Shown here: positions 7,861-17,483 of the stretch, piece after piece
Numbering within the stretch: the first letter of the stretch is position 1
Layout: each line of letters starts with the position of its first letter
Assembly (NCBI RefSeq): GCF_900104555.1
Contig: NZ_FNJU01000011.1
Span: 126,540-150,539, forward strand
Length of the DNA: 24,000 nucleotides
DNA from: Litchfieldia salsa
Lineage (GTDB): Bacteria; Bacillota; Bacilli; Bacillales; Bacillaceae_L
Direction of reading: 5' to 3'
Notes under the pieces: generated by a model
Databases searched by the model: none
What the model was told of the DNA's origin: nothing
Seen by the model: only the letters and a program-made list of their open reading frames with translations
Position numbers and translations under genes: made by a program

Positions 7861-9576
7861 CTATTTGGATAGCATTACAAGTTTATTTTTTTGAGCTAGC
7901 TCTAACAGCTCTTTAGCATGCTCTGTTGTTAAATCTGTGATTTCTGCACCAGCGATCATTCGCCCGATTTCCTTGACTTTTCCATTTGATGACAATGGAT
8001 TAATTGATGTTTTAGTTCGATCATTTTTGATTTCCTTCGAAATATACAAATGAGTATCAGCCATGGCGGCTACCTGTGGAAGATGTGTTATACAAATAAC
8101 CTGTGATCCAACCGACACTCTGTACATTTTTTCAGCGATTGCTTGAGCAACACGTCCACTTACTCCCGTATCAACCTCGTCAAATATGATCGAAGTAATA
8201 CCTTGGTGAACTGAAAATATACTCTTCATCGCTAACATAATTCTTGATAGTTCTCCACCTGAAGCCACTTTCGACAGCGGCTTTAATGGTTCTCCAGGAT
8301 TGGTTGAAAGAAAGAACTCAATAATATCCACTCCATGATTTTTAAAGTTTCCACCATGATTAACATCTAATGTATTTGAAAAAACAATATCAAATGTAGT
8401 CTTTTCCATGTATAAGTCTTTTAGTTCCTGATGAATATTATCGATAAGAACTTTAGCAAATTGTTTCCTTAAAACTGTAATATTTTTAGCTTCAACTAAT
8501 AAATCATCTGTCAAAGATTGTAATTCTTTATTTAGTTGATCAAGTAAGCCATCTCTATTTTCAATTGTCTCTACCTCATCTTGAATTTTAGCTGAATATT
8601 GAAGTATTTCATTAACGTCTTGTCCATATTTTCTCTTCAATCCTGTAATTTCATTCAAACGACCTTCAATAAAATCCAATCTTTCAGGGCTAAAATCCAG
8701 ATTATCTAGTTCATCCCGAATTTTATATGAGATTTCCTCAAGTAAATAATAGCTATTAGAGACTGTCTCATGAATAGTCTTTAATTGGTCATCAAGGTCA
8801 GAAATCCCTTCAGTATGACTCATCGCAAGACCTACCCAATCAAGTCCCTTCTGCTCACCATGAAGCGCATCATAACTATTTTTTAACGTCCGGAATATTT
8901 TTTCATAATTTGAGATTTTTCGTTTTTCTTCCATTAACTCATGATCTTCGTTCGGTTGTAAACCAGCCTGTTCAATCTCCCTTAATTGGAATTGTATAAG
9001 ATCCAAACGATGAGCCATTTCTTGCTCACTTTCAGAGAGTTTCTTGATCTTTTTAGTTAACTCATTATAACTTTTAAAAATAGTTTGATACTCTCTTAAG
9101 CCATTTGAAATGGCTTCTCCCCCATATTGATCTAAAAGAGTAAGGTGCTGTTCCTGGAACAAAAGATCTTGATGTTCATGCTGCCCATGAATGTCAATTA
9201 ATGTTCTGCCGATTTCTCGGAGAATCGCAATAGTTACTAACTTTCCGTTAACTCGGCAAACACTCTTTCCACTAATTGAAATATCTCTTCTAAGAACAAT
9301 CATTCCATCAGTAATATCAATTCCAAACTCTGCTGCACGTTCAAAACAAGGATGTTGATCATCATCTAGTAAAAAAAGCCCCTCAATTTCCGCTCGCTTT
9401 TCACCATAACGGACAAACTCAGAAGAACCTCTTCCCCCAACTAGTAGATGGATGGCATCAATTATAATGGATTTCCCCGCACCAGTCTCTCCAGATAAAA
9501 CAGTTAAACCTTTCTCAAATGAAATGGAAAGTGATTCAATAATCGCAAAGTTTTTTATTGAAATTTCTGCTAACAA
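7861..9576 (-). CDS. recN: DNA repair protein RecN
   Basis: The ORF is 571 aa with a TTG start. It has Walker A GETGAGKS, a long coiled-coil middle, the SMC-type signature ASGGELSRIMLAMK, and Walker B IIFDEVDTG. Confidence 0.95.
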   Translation of the reverse strand: MLAEISIKNFAIIESLSISFEKGLTVLSGETGAGKSIIIDAIHLLVGGRGSSEFVRYGEKRAEIEGLFLLDDDQHPCFERAAEFGIDITDGMIVLRRDISISGKSVCRVNGKLVTIAILREIGRTLIDIHGQHEHQDLLFQEQHLTLLDQYGGEAISNGLREYQTIFKSYNELTKKIKKLSESEQEMAHRLDLIQFQLREIEQAGLQPNEDHELMEEKRKISNYEKIFRTLKNSYDALHGEQKGLDWVGLAMSHTEGISDLDDQLKTIHETVSNSYYLLEEISYKIRDELDNLDFSPERLDFIEGRLNEITGLKRKYGQDVNEILQYSAKIQDEVETIENRDGLLDQLNKELQSLTDDLLVEAKNITVLRKQFAKVLIDNIHQELKDLYMEKTTFDIVFSNTLDVNHGGNFKNHGVDIIEFFLSTNPGEPLKPLSKVASGGELSRIMLAMKSIFSVHQGITSIIFDEVDTGVSGRVAQAIAEKMYRVSVGSQVICITHLPQVAAMADTHLYISKEIKNDRTKTSINPLSSNGKVKEIGRMIAGAEITDLTTEHAKELLELAQKNKLVMLSK

Positions 9577-9612
9577 ATAGAATCACGCCCCCCTTCCTTT
9601 TATATCTATTTC

Positions 9613-10062
9613 TTAAAGCATATCTATAAAACGTTGTGAGATCTCGTCAGTCACTTGGTCTGTTCTGCATATAATAAGGATTGTGTCATCACCACAGATG
9701 GTCCCTAAAATTTCATCCCAATCCAAATTATCAATTAAAGCTCCAATCGAATTTGCATTACCCGGTAATGTCTTCATAACAATCAATTGCCCTGCTCCAT
9801 CAATCCTAACAAACGCATCCATCAGTGCGCGTTTTAATTTCTGTAGTGGGTTGAATCGTTGATCTGCAGGAAGACTATATTTATATCTTCCATCTTGCAT
9901 TGGCACCTTAACTAAATGAAGTTCTTTAATATCTCTAGAGACAGTCGCTTGGGTCACATTGAACCCTGCTTCCTTTAAAATATCAACTAATTCATCTTGT
10001 GTTTCAATATCGTTATTTGTAATAATATCTCTAATTTTAATATGTCTTTGACCTTTGTTCAT
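9613..10062 (-). CDS. argR: Arginine repressor ArgR/AhrC
   Basis: The ORF is 149 aa. The N-terminal winged helix reads [44 protein letters not shown]. The C-terminal oligomerisation domain includes [22 protein letters not shown] is present. Confidence 0.95.
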   Translation of the reverse strand: MNKGQRHIKIRDIITNNDIETQDELVDILKEAGFNVTQATVSRDIKELHLVKVPMQDGRYKYSLPADQRFNPLQKLKRALMDAFVRIDGAGQLIVMKTLPGNANSIGALIDNLDWDEILGTICGDDTILIICRTDQVTDEISQRFIDML

Positions 10063-10305
10063 CTAGGCACCTCACAAAAAATAGATAACTCTGCTCACAA
10101 TGTATTTTTATACCTTTTATGTTATATGATTATGGCAAGAAAGTACATTTTTTTCGGGAGTTTTTTTAAGAATGTCGAAAAATTCATTTCTCAAACACAA
10201 ATAGAAGGATGACTTCCAGAAACCAGATAGCCGCATTTTAAAGTTACAGCTTTTTCCCTACAAGTGTAGAGTTGGTTCATTTCTGTTGGTCATCCTTCAA
10301 TCCCT

Positions 10306-11142
10306 TTATGCATCATGTTTATCTTTAAAAGCTCGATGAGCATTTAATACGACTTCATTCGCTGTTTGTTTAAGTTGATTCTCACCAACATGTTCTGAAT
10401 TGATCCATTTCATATGAAGTAAGAATTCTATATTACCATCTCCACCTGTAATTGGTGAGTAGGAGAGATTTACACAATCATATCCTTGTAATAAGGAAAA
10501 TTCAATCATCGTTGATAAGACAAACTCATGAACTTTTGGATCACGTACAATGCCTTTTTTTCCAACCTGCTCTCTTCCTGCTTCAAATTGTGGTTTAACA
10601 AGTGCAATAATATCACTGTTCTCAACTAAAAGAGTTTTAAGGACTGGTAAAATCAATTTCAGGGAGATAAAAGAAACATCAATTGATGCAAATTCTGGAA
10701 GTCCCTCATTAAGGTCAGCAGCTGTAACATATCGAAAATTAGTTCTCTCCATTACGACAACTCGTTCATCTTGACGAAGCTTCCATGCTAATTGATTGTA
10801 CCCAACATCAAGTGCATATGATAATTTCGCACCATTCTGAAGAGCACAATCAGTAAAGCCGCCTGTTGAAGAACCAATATCGATCATAATTTTATCTTGG
10901 ACTGTTACATCAAATTCTTTCAAAGCTTTTTCAAGCTTAAGACCACCACGACTTACATATGGCATGACCTTCCCTTTTATGGTGATTGGAAGTTCACGAT
11001 CTACTTTTTCACCTGGTTTATCCAAACGTACTTCATTTGAATAAACCAGACCTGCCATAATCGTTCGTTTTGCCTTCTCACGGGTTTCTATAAGTCCCCG
11101 TTCTACAAGAATAACGTCTAATCTTTCTTTTTTCGTACTCAT
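10306..11142 (-). CDS. tlyA: TlyA-family rRNA 2'-O-methyltransferase (S4 domain plus FtsJ-like methyltransferase)
   Basis: The ORF-track entry starts at TTG 11148. I prefer ATG 11142 (MSTKKERLDV...). The S4-like N-terminus reads RLDVILVERGLIETREKAKRTIMAG. The SAM-binding motif is DIGSSTGGFTD. Confidence 0.85.
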   Translation of the reverse strand: MSTKKERLDVILVERGLIETREKAKRTIMAGLVYSNEVRLDKPGEKVDRELPITIKGKVMPYVSRGGLKLEKALKEFDVTVQDKIMIDIGSSTGGFTDCALQNGAKLSYALDVGYNQLAWKLRQDERVVVMERTNFRYVTAADLNEGLPEFASIDVSFISLKLILPVLKTLLVENSDIIALVKPQFEAGREQVGKKGIVRDPKVHEFVLSTMIEFSLLQGYDCVNLSYSPITGGDGNIEFLLHMKWINSEHVGENQLKQTANEVVLNAHRAFKDKHDA

Positions 11143-11144
11143 AA

Positions 11145-13046
11145 TCAAGCCCTTTTTTGTTTCTTAGGTATTAATCGTCTAACACGACTTTTGACTTCAT
11201 CTGTTGTTAGATTGATTTCTTCTAGCAGTTCATTCACATTACCATGTTCAATGAATTGATCTGGTATGCCCATACGTTCAATTACAGTGTGATGATATCC
11301 TTGGTCATGTGCAAATTCTAGCACAGCACTACCAAATCCTCCTTGAAGGATCGCTTCTTCAATTGTTAAAACAGGCACTTCTGATGAAAATAACTCATGA
11401 AGCATTGCTTCATCCATAGGCTTGATAAACCTAGCATTTATTACTTTGACTGATAAATCCTCAGTCTGTAACATTTCAGCTGCCTCTAAAGCCATCGGTA
11501 TGGTTGTCCCAAATGTAAGAATGATCAAATCCTTACCTTCCTTAAGCACTTCCCATGAGCCTATTGGCAGTTCCTTTAACTCTTCATCCATTTTAACACC
11601 AAGCCCATTCCCACGCGGATAGCGAATAGCAATTGGACCACCATCATACTTAACAGCCGTGTTTACCATATGTTGTCCTTCATTTTCATCCTTTGGCATC
11701 ATCAGCACTAAATTTGGCATATGGCGTAGGAAAGCAATATCAAAAACCCCTTGGTGGGTTTCACCATCTGCTCCTACAAGACCAGATCGGTCTATTCCAA
11801 AGAATACGTTTAAGTTCTGTCTGCATACATCATGTAGAACTTGATCATATGCTCTTTGTAGAAATGTTGAATAAATAGCTAGAAATGGCTTCATATTCTG
11901 AGTTGCTAAACCAGCCGCCATTGTCGTTGCATGCTGCTCTGCAATTCCTACATCATACATTCTTTCTGGGAACTCCTTAGCAAAGTTCTCCAGTTTTGAA
12001 CCAACCGGCATAGCCGGAGTTATCGCAACGATACGTTCGTCCTCTCTTGCTAACCTACGAACTGTTTCACTAATTAGTGAACTCCATGCAGGAGCAACAT
12101 TAACAGGCTTTACAAAATCTCCAGTTTCGATTTTGTATGCTCCTGTACCATGCCAAGTTCCAACGGTATCAATTTCTGCAGGTTGATAGCCTTTTCCTTT
12201 TTTTGTTATTACATGTAATAACACAGGTCCTTTTGTTTTCTTGGCATATTGCAGATTTTCAATCAAATCCTCATAGCTATGACCATCAACAGGTCCCAGA
12301 TACGTAAAACCAAGTTCCTCAAAGAATACACCTGAAACAAGCAGATATTTTAGGCTATCCTTCACTCGTTCTGCAGTACTAGCTAACTTACCTCCAACAG
12401 CAGGAATTCTTTTAAGTAAATATTCAAGCTCATCTTTTACCCAATGATACTTACCAGCAGTTCTAAGTTTCCCAAGAACATTGTGAAGTGCACCAACATT
12501 TGGTGCAATTGACATCTCATTATCATTAAGAATCACAATCATATCTTTTCTTTCATGACCTATATGGTTAAGCGCCTCTAAAGCCATTCCGCCTGTTAAA
12601 GCTCCATCACCAATAATAGGTACGATAAACTCCCCACTCTTTTTGAGGTCTCTTGCAACGACCATACCCATAGCAGCAGATAAGCTAGTTGAACTATGAC
12701 CCGTTTCCCAAACATCATGTTCGCTTTCAATTCTTTTCGGGAAGCCACAAAGTCCTTTATACTGACGAAGTGAATCAAATTCAGATGCCCGACCAGTAAG
12801 AATTTTGTGCACATAAGATTGATGACCAACATCCCATATAAATTTGTCTTTCGGGCTACTAAATTCTTTATGAAGAGCTATTGTTAGTTCTACCACCCCA
12901 AGGTTAGGTCCTATATGACCACCCGTTACAGATAATTTTTCTATTAAGAATGTTCTTATCTCTTCACTTAGTAAATCTAATTCTTCATATGACATGTCCT
13001 TCAAAAAAGCCGGACTTTTTATTGCAGTTAGATCCAAGAGGACCAC
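11145..13046 (-). CDS. dxs: 1-deoxy-D-xylulose-5-phosphate synthase
   Basis: The ORF is 633 aa. It has [14 protein letters not shown] and the thiamine-diphosphate motif [15 protein letters not shown]. The GTG start at 13046 abuts the oapA stop. An in-frame TTG at 13037 is an alternative start. Confidence 0.95.
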   Translation of the reverse strand: MVLLDLTAIKSPAFLKDMSYEELDLLSEEIRTFLIEKLSVTGGHIGPNLGVVELTIALHKEFSSPKDKFIWDVGHQSYVHKILTGRASEFDSLRQYKGLCGFPKRIESEHDVWETGHSSTSLSAAMGMVVARDLKKSGEFIVPIIGDGALTGGMALEALNHIGHERKDMIVILNDNEMSIAPNVGALHNVLGKLRTAGKYHWVKDELEYLLKRIPAVGGKLASTAERVKDSLKYLLVSGVFFEELGFTYLGPVDGHSYEDLIENLQYAKKTKGPVLLHVITKKGKGYQPAEIDTVGTWHGTGAYKIETGDFVKPVNVAPAWSSLISETVRRLAREDERIVAITPAMPVGSKLENFAKEFPERMYDVGIAEQHATTMAAGLATQNMKPFLAIYSTFLQRAYDQVLHDVCRQNLNVFFGIDRSGLVGADGETHQGVFDIAFLRHMPNLVLMMPKDENEGQHMVNTAVKYDGGPIAIRYPRGNGLGVKMDEELKELPIGSWEVLKEGKDLIILTFGTTIPMALEAAEMLQTEDLSVKVINARFIKPMDEAMLHELFSSEVPVLTIEEAILQGGFGSAVLEFAHDQGYHHTVIERMGIPDQFIEHGNVNELLEEINLTTDEVKSRVRRLIPKKQKRA

Positions 13047-13664
13047 TCACTTTCGCTTCGAATTTCTCTTTTTCTTTTTATCCTTTATTAACACTATATT
13101 AAACTTATCTTCAATAAAATGGAAGATGCGTCCTACCTGAAAGATAATCTCTGTCGATGATCTTATTGCAATCGATTTTCCAAGTGCTTTTCCACCAACT
13201 GTTAAAGCAGCCACCAAACTAGTAAAGACTACCGAAACGACATAATGAAAGACAGAACCATCTGTATAGTTATATGTAACAGTTAACTCTAAGACGACAA
13301 TCGCTGTTGCAGTCCCACTTATTATCCCAGATATATCACCAATTACATCATTACAGAAGCTGGCAAACCGATCTGCATTCCTTACAATGTGTATTGCACT
13401 CTTTGAACCATTCACTTTTTTAGATGCCATTGCATGAAAAGGTATTTCATCTGCAGCCGTGGCGGCGATGCCAAGCATGTCAAAAAAGATACCGATAAAA
13501 ACAATGATGAAAACGACAATTGTACCAATTGCCCAGGTTAACCCAGATAATGCATAGGTAGAGACAATAGTAAAAATAGCCGCTAACACAAAAGTGATAA
13601 CGGCAATACCCAAACTCCAGTTTATTGATTCACGTATATGTTGTTTCATAATGTATTCACACAT
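13047..13664 (-). CDS. oapA: OLE-associated membrane protein A-like: four-TM protein with a Lys/Arg-rich C-terminal tail
   Basis: The ORF is 205 aa. Four hydrophobic segments begin at about WSLGIAVITFVLAAIF, TWAIGTIVVFIIVFIGIFF, ISGIISGTATAIVVLELTV and FHYVVSVVFTSLVAALTV. The tail is KDKKKKRNSKRK. The gene lies immediately downstream of the large structured RNA and upstream of dxs. B. subtilis has no counterpart at this position. The start could be 13664 or 13649. Confidence 0.75.
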   Translation of the reverse strand: MCEYIMKQHIRESINWSLGIAVITFVLAAIFTIVSTYALSGLTWAIGTIVVFIIVFIGIFFDMLGIAATAADEIPFHAMASKKVNGSKSAIHIVRNADRFASFCNDVIGDISGIISGTATAIVVLELTVTYNYTDGSVFHYVVSVVFTSLVAALTVGGKALGKSIAIRSSTEIIFQVGRIFHFIEDKFNIVLIKDKKKKRNSKRK

Positions 13665-13684
13665 CCATCCGTTTTAAAGCAATA

Positions 13685-14299
13685 CCTATGTATAATAGGT
13701 GGTCATATGAAAAGTAAATTTTACGGCTTAGGTCCAGTAGGATTTCCCAAATAAGTACCAAGTGTTGCCACAATGGCGGTTTCCCATTAAACCTATCTTA
13801 GCACCGTCACCGAATGCTAGACTGGATTACCACTTAGTCCGTACTGCAATCCTATTCATATGTCCATTTAGAACAGCCTAGGAGTTTTCCTCAAACAGTC
13901 CTTAACCATTTCCTAGCCTCTTTTGCAGAGTTAATTTCATATGGGCTAACCTTTGACTCATATATCAATGGCCAACTGATGTATGAATCTCGAACCATAA
14001 TCCCCTTAACTCCACTCAAGGCAGGCTACGCTGTTTGAATCTCAACTACCAAAAACGAGACCAACACAGGTTCATACCCCATCCCATAGGATGAAATTCC
14101 TACATAAATGGGCCTCCACGGAAGCAGGGTCAACGCCCACATGCCATTGTGGATCGCCCTGCAACCTTAACCCCCAGCATCAACCCAAGGCTGGGCGCCT
14201 CAAGCCAACGCCAGGGACTTCATCGATGTGCCCTTTGACGGATTTTTAGGCCCGTCTTCAGAAACGGAGGACTGACTAGAATACTGCACCACCCAATTT
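13685..14299 (-). ncRNA. ole: OLE (ornate, large, extremophilic) RNA; boundaries approximate
   Basis: No ORF of 60 aa or more exists in any frame across 13665-14360. G+C is 59% (71/120) over 14101-14220 by hand count, against AT-rich flanks. There are many hairpins (plus-strand coordinates): CCACA/TGTGG at 14137-14152, CCGT/ACGG at 14252-14267, CATCC/GGATG at 14080-14093 and CCTAT/ATAGG at 13685-13699. The interrupted long-range helix pairs 13981-13996 with 14069-14077. The length is about 610 nt. The context ispA | RNA | 4-TM protein | dxs | tlyA matches the published OLE locus as I remember it. Confidence 0.8.
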
Positions 14300-14305
14300 A
14301 TAGTT

Positions 14306-14334
14306 ATTATATCATATTTTCATGTTTTCCTCAA
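14306..14334 (-). promoter_or_regulatory. Candidate sigma-A promoter with extended -10 directly upstream of OLE
   Basis: The minus strand has TTGAGG (14334..14329), a 17-nt spacer and TATAAT (14311..14306), preceded by TG at 14314..14313 (TGATATAAT). Confidence 0.45.
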
Positions 14335-14360
14335 TCTGAAGCCCTTACTAACATAATTGC

Positions 14361-15254
14361 TTAATTTTGTCTCGATCCAACCAATTGGCACAAATACTCT
14401 AGAATCTCTGATTCTATCCCAATTTCTTTTATAGTTGTCATCGCTTGATCTATGTGATATTCAAGCTTTGCTTTAGCTCCACTCATCGTCAATAATGAGG
14501 GATATGTATTTTTATGATTTGTAGCATCACTTCCAACTGGCTTACCAATGGCTTCTTCAGAACCTTCAATATCAAGTATGTCATCTCTAATCTGAAACGC
14601 TAAACCAAGATGGAGTGCAAAACTTTCCAACATTTCGAGTTTTTCGGCTGAAGCATTTGCCATAATTCCTCCTGCCATAATACTATATGCCAGTAATTTA
14701 CCTGTCTTATGCTTATGTATATACTCAAGTTCAGGAAGAGTTAATGCTTGTCCTTCTCCCTCAATATCAGCAACTTGACCACCAACCATCCCTTCTGCAC
14801 CTGCTGCTTTAGCTAGTTCTGTAATTAACTTTAGCTTAGTACTAGGAGGAACTAACTCTTCATTCATGTCAGCGATTAGTTGAAAGCTGTAAGTTAACAA
14901 ACCATCCCCCGCCAAAATGGCATTAGCTTCTCCGAAAATAATATGGTTTGTTGGTTTACCTCTCCGTAAATTATCATTATCCATGCTTGGTAGATCATCA
15001 TGAATAAGAGAATACGTATGAATCATTTCAATTGCACAAGCAACTGGCAAACCCATCTCCTCTTCTTTATTAAAGGCCTTTAAAGTTGATAGAAGTAGAA
15101 GTGGTCTTATACGCTTTCCCCCTGCTTCAAGGGAATAGTTCATTGCATCTTTTAGTATACTAGGTGCTTGAAGGTGATCTATATACAATGGCAATACTTG
15201 TTCAATTTTTTGCTTTTGCGAAGACAAATAGTGTGTAATATCATGTACAAGCAC
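14361..15254 (-). CDS. ispA: Farnesyl diphosphate synthase (polyprenyl synthetase)
   Basis: The ORF is 297 aa with a GTG start after an AGGAGGA RBS. The first Asp-rich motif is LIHDDLPSMDNDNLRRG and the second is FQIRDDILD. Confidence 0.93.
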   Translation of the reverse strand: MLVHDITHYLSSQKQKIEQVLPLYIDHLQAPSILKDAMNYSLEAGGKRIRPLLLLSTLKAFNKEEEMGLPVACAIEMIHTYSLIHDDLPSMDNDNLRRGKPTNHIIFGEANAILAGDGLLTYSFQLIADMNEELVPPSTKLKLITELAKAAGAEGMVGGQVADIEGEGQALTLPELEYIHKHKTGKLLAYSIMAGGIMANASAEKLEMLESFALHLGLAFQIRDDILDIEGSEEAIGKPVGSDATNHKNTYPSLLTMSGAKAKLEYHIDQAMTTIKEIGIESEILEYLCQLVGSRQN

Positions 15255-15255
15255 C

Positions 15256-15489
15256 CTATTCTTCCTCCTGAATTGAGAATGGCTCTAGCTTTCCATCTTC
15301 TTTTAAGATTTGATCCATTTGTTTCTCAACATTTTGTAGTTTATCATGACAAAGCTTAGACAACTTCATACCCTCTTGGAAGTAATTAATCGCTTGTTCT
15401 AAAGGAACATCTCCTTCTTCCAACTTTGATACAATTCCTTCAAGTTTCTTCATGGCTTCTTCAAAAGATATAGCTTGCTCTTCACTCAT
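15256..15489 (-). CDS. xseB: Exodeoxyribonuclease VII small subunit
   Basis: The ORF is 77 aa and includes [35 protein letters not shown]. It overlaps the xseA stop by 8 nt. Confidence 0.93.
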   Translation of the reverse strand: MSEEQAISFEEAMKKLEGIVSKLEEGDVPLEQAINYFQEGMKLSKLCHDKLQNVEKQMDQILKEDGKLEPFSIQEEE

Positions 15490-16843
15490 TTATTTGTCTC
15501 TCCTCTACCCTAATAACTTGGCAGTCTAACTGACCATCTTGTAGTCTTACTTTAACTGAATCTCCTGGTTCAACAGTATTTACTGTTTTTAATAAGGTGT
15601 TTTCTTCATTATAGACAATACTAAATCCTCGTTCCATAACCTTTAGAGGACTTAACGCATTTAATTTTGATAGAGTTGATGTGAACATCTGATTATGTTC
15701 CTTAATAATACCCTTCACTTCCTTTTGAAAGGATTTTTCAAGCTGCAGTAATTGTTCTTTTGCTTGTAATTTCTTTTCTTCAGGATGCTGGTGGGATAAA
15801 CGCAACATCAAGGTGTTAAATAAATCCTTCTTATTCTTAATCGTCTGATATGATTCACTTTTAAATTTATCATATAAGCGGTCTAACTGTTGCTCCTTTT
15901 GAGCATATAAGTTCTTCGGATAACGAAACGCATATGACTTTTGTAAGGAAGATAAGCGATCATGTTGAAGTGTTAACCTTTCCTTCATACTTCTCATCAA
16001 ACGAGCTTGTCTTACAAAAATCCTTTCAGCTAATTCAGTCATATGAGGGACTGCTAATTCTGCAGCTGCAGTTGGTGTGGGTGCACGAAGGTCTGCAACA
16101 AAATCAGCAATGGTGAAATCTGTTTCATGACCTACAGCAGAGATAATCGGTACGTCTGATTCAAAAATTGTCCTAGCGACAATTTCTTCGTTAAATGCCC
16201 ATAGCTCTTCAATCGAGCCGCCGCCACGACCAACAATTAATAAATCAATGTTCCCCATCTCATTTGCAATTGCAATTTGACGAGAAATCGACTCTCCCGC
16301 TTTAGTCCCTTGAACAAGAGCTGGGAGAATAATCACATTAACGATGGGATATCTTCTTTTAATCGTTGTTAAGATGTCCCTAACTGCAGCACCTGTTGGA
16401 GAAGTAATCACTCCAATGGTCTGTGGGAAAGAAGGTAATGGTTTTTTGTGTTTTTCTAAAAACAAACCCTCTTCTTCAAGGTTTTTCTTTAACTCTTCAT
16501 AGGCTAAATAAAGATTCCCAATACCATCCGGTTGCATTTCTTTCACATACATCTGATAACCACCAGAAGTTTCATAGACAGTAACTTCTCCGCGAAGAAG
16601 AACCTTCATTCCATTTTCGGGCGTAAAGTTTATTGAGCGATTTTGACTTGAAAACATTACAGCTTGAATTCTTGCATGTTCATCTTTAATAGTAAAATAC
16701 ATATGTCCACGACTATGAGATTTAAAATTCGAAATTTCTCCTCGTAACCAAATATCTTGTAGATGTGGATCATAATCAAATTTTCTTTTTATGTACTTTG
16801 TTAATGCAGTCACTGTTAAGTAACGTTTTTGGGAATCACTCAT
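15482..16843 (-). CDS. xseA: Exodeoxyribonuclease VII large subunit
   Basis: The track ORF begins at GTG 16861. I prefer ATG 16843 ([11 protein letters not shown]...), which is preceded by AAGGGAGGG. The N-terminus has an OB-fold and the catalytic region includes [15 protein letters not shown] and [11 protein letters not shown]. Confidence 0.93.
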   Translation of the reverse strand: MSDSQKRYLTVTALTKYIKRKFDYDPHLQDIWLRGEISNFKSHSRGHMYFTIKDEHARIQAVMFSSQNRSINFTPENGMKVLLRGEVTVYETSGGYQMYVKEMQPDGIGNLYLAYEELKKNLEEEGLFLEKHKKPLPSFPQTIGVITSPTGAAVRDILTTIKRRYPIVNVIILPALVQGTKAGESISRQIAIANEMGNIDLLIVGRGGGSIEELWAFNEEIVARTIFESDVPIISAVGHETDFTIADFVADLRAPTPTAAAELAVPHMTELAERIFVRQARLMRSMKERLTLQHDRLSSLQKSYAFRYPKNLYAQKEQQLDRLYDKFKSESYQTIKNKKDLFNTLMLRLSHQHPEEKKLQAKEQLLQLEKSFQKEVKGIIKEHNQMFTSTLSKLNALSPLKVMERGFSIVYNEENTLLKTVNTVEPGDSVKVRLQDGQLDCQVIRVEERQINE

Positions 16844-16899
16844 GTTACCCTCCCTTAACACGATATATCGTATTTACCTAGTTATACAGTATGATACAA

Positions 16900-17289
16900 T
16901 TAATTCAACGCAGTAGTGACTTTTGATAAAACAGCATTAATAAAACGACTTGAACTCTCATCACCAAATGTTTTTGCTAACTCAATCGCTTCATCAATAC
17001 TAACCTTAGGCGGTACCTCGTCAACATGATTTAATTCAAAGATAGCTAATCTTAAAATAGAGCGATCAACATTAGCCAAGCGTTCTAAATTCCATTTCTC
17101 TAAGTTTCCTCGTAAAAGTGCATCGATTTCCTCTTTATGTTCAACCACACCTAATACAAGTTGAGTTAAAAACTCATCACCAACTTCATTTTCTAACACA
17201 CTTTCAATCGCTTCTCTAGGATCACTATCACTCATATCAATTTGAAATAGGGCCTGTAATGCTTTTTCTCGTGCTGTTCGTCTTTTCAT
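16900..17289 (-). CDS. nusB: Transcription antitermination factor NusB
   Basis: The ORF is 129 aa and includes [17 protein letters not shown] and [24 protein letters not shown]. An AAAGGAG RBS is present. Confidence 0.95.
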   Translation of the reverse strand: MKRRTAREKALQALFQIDMSDSDPREAIESVLENEVGDEFLTQLVLGVVEHKEEIDALLRGNLEKWNLERLANVDRSILRLAIFELNHVDEVPPKVSIDEAIELAKTFGDESSSRFINAVLSKVTTALN

Positions 17290-17365
17290 TCGTTTGTTCT
17301 CCTTTTACTTCGACAATTATTTTATCTACATCATAGCATATTTTTCATGTGCAATAAAATAGGAC

Positions 17366-17452
17366 ACAAAAAAAGCAAAATGCCAGTCATTAATTCAACC
17401 CTCAATACTGTCTTACGAAAAGTATTGAGGGTTTGAATAGTGACAGGCATTT
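17366..17452 (-). terminator. Unusually long-stemmed rho-independent terminator downstream of the Asp23-family gene
   Basis: The inverted repeat pairs 17378-17409 with 17421-17452. It has an 11-bp perfect core (CCCTCAATACT/AGTATTGAGGG) plus about 19 further pairs with bulges. On the minus strand it is followed by TTTTGCTTTTTTT. Confidence 0.65.
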
Positions 17453-17483
17453 CATGCTTATATCATCTTATGGTTATACCATT

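Noticed and set aside
10173-10179. TGTCGAA (0A box) within TGTCGAAAAATTCA (partial ARG-box-like) upstream of argR
   Set aside because: A single heptamer is expected by chance a few times in 24 kb of two strands. The ARG-box resemblance holds for only one half-site (TGAAT). It does not amount to a supported site.
12596-12832. 78-aa minus-strand ORF inside dxs (and similar ones at 2110-2298, 18109-18312 and 19429-19641)
   Set aside because: They are out-of-frame overlaps within well-supported longer genes on the same strand, with no independent signals.
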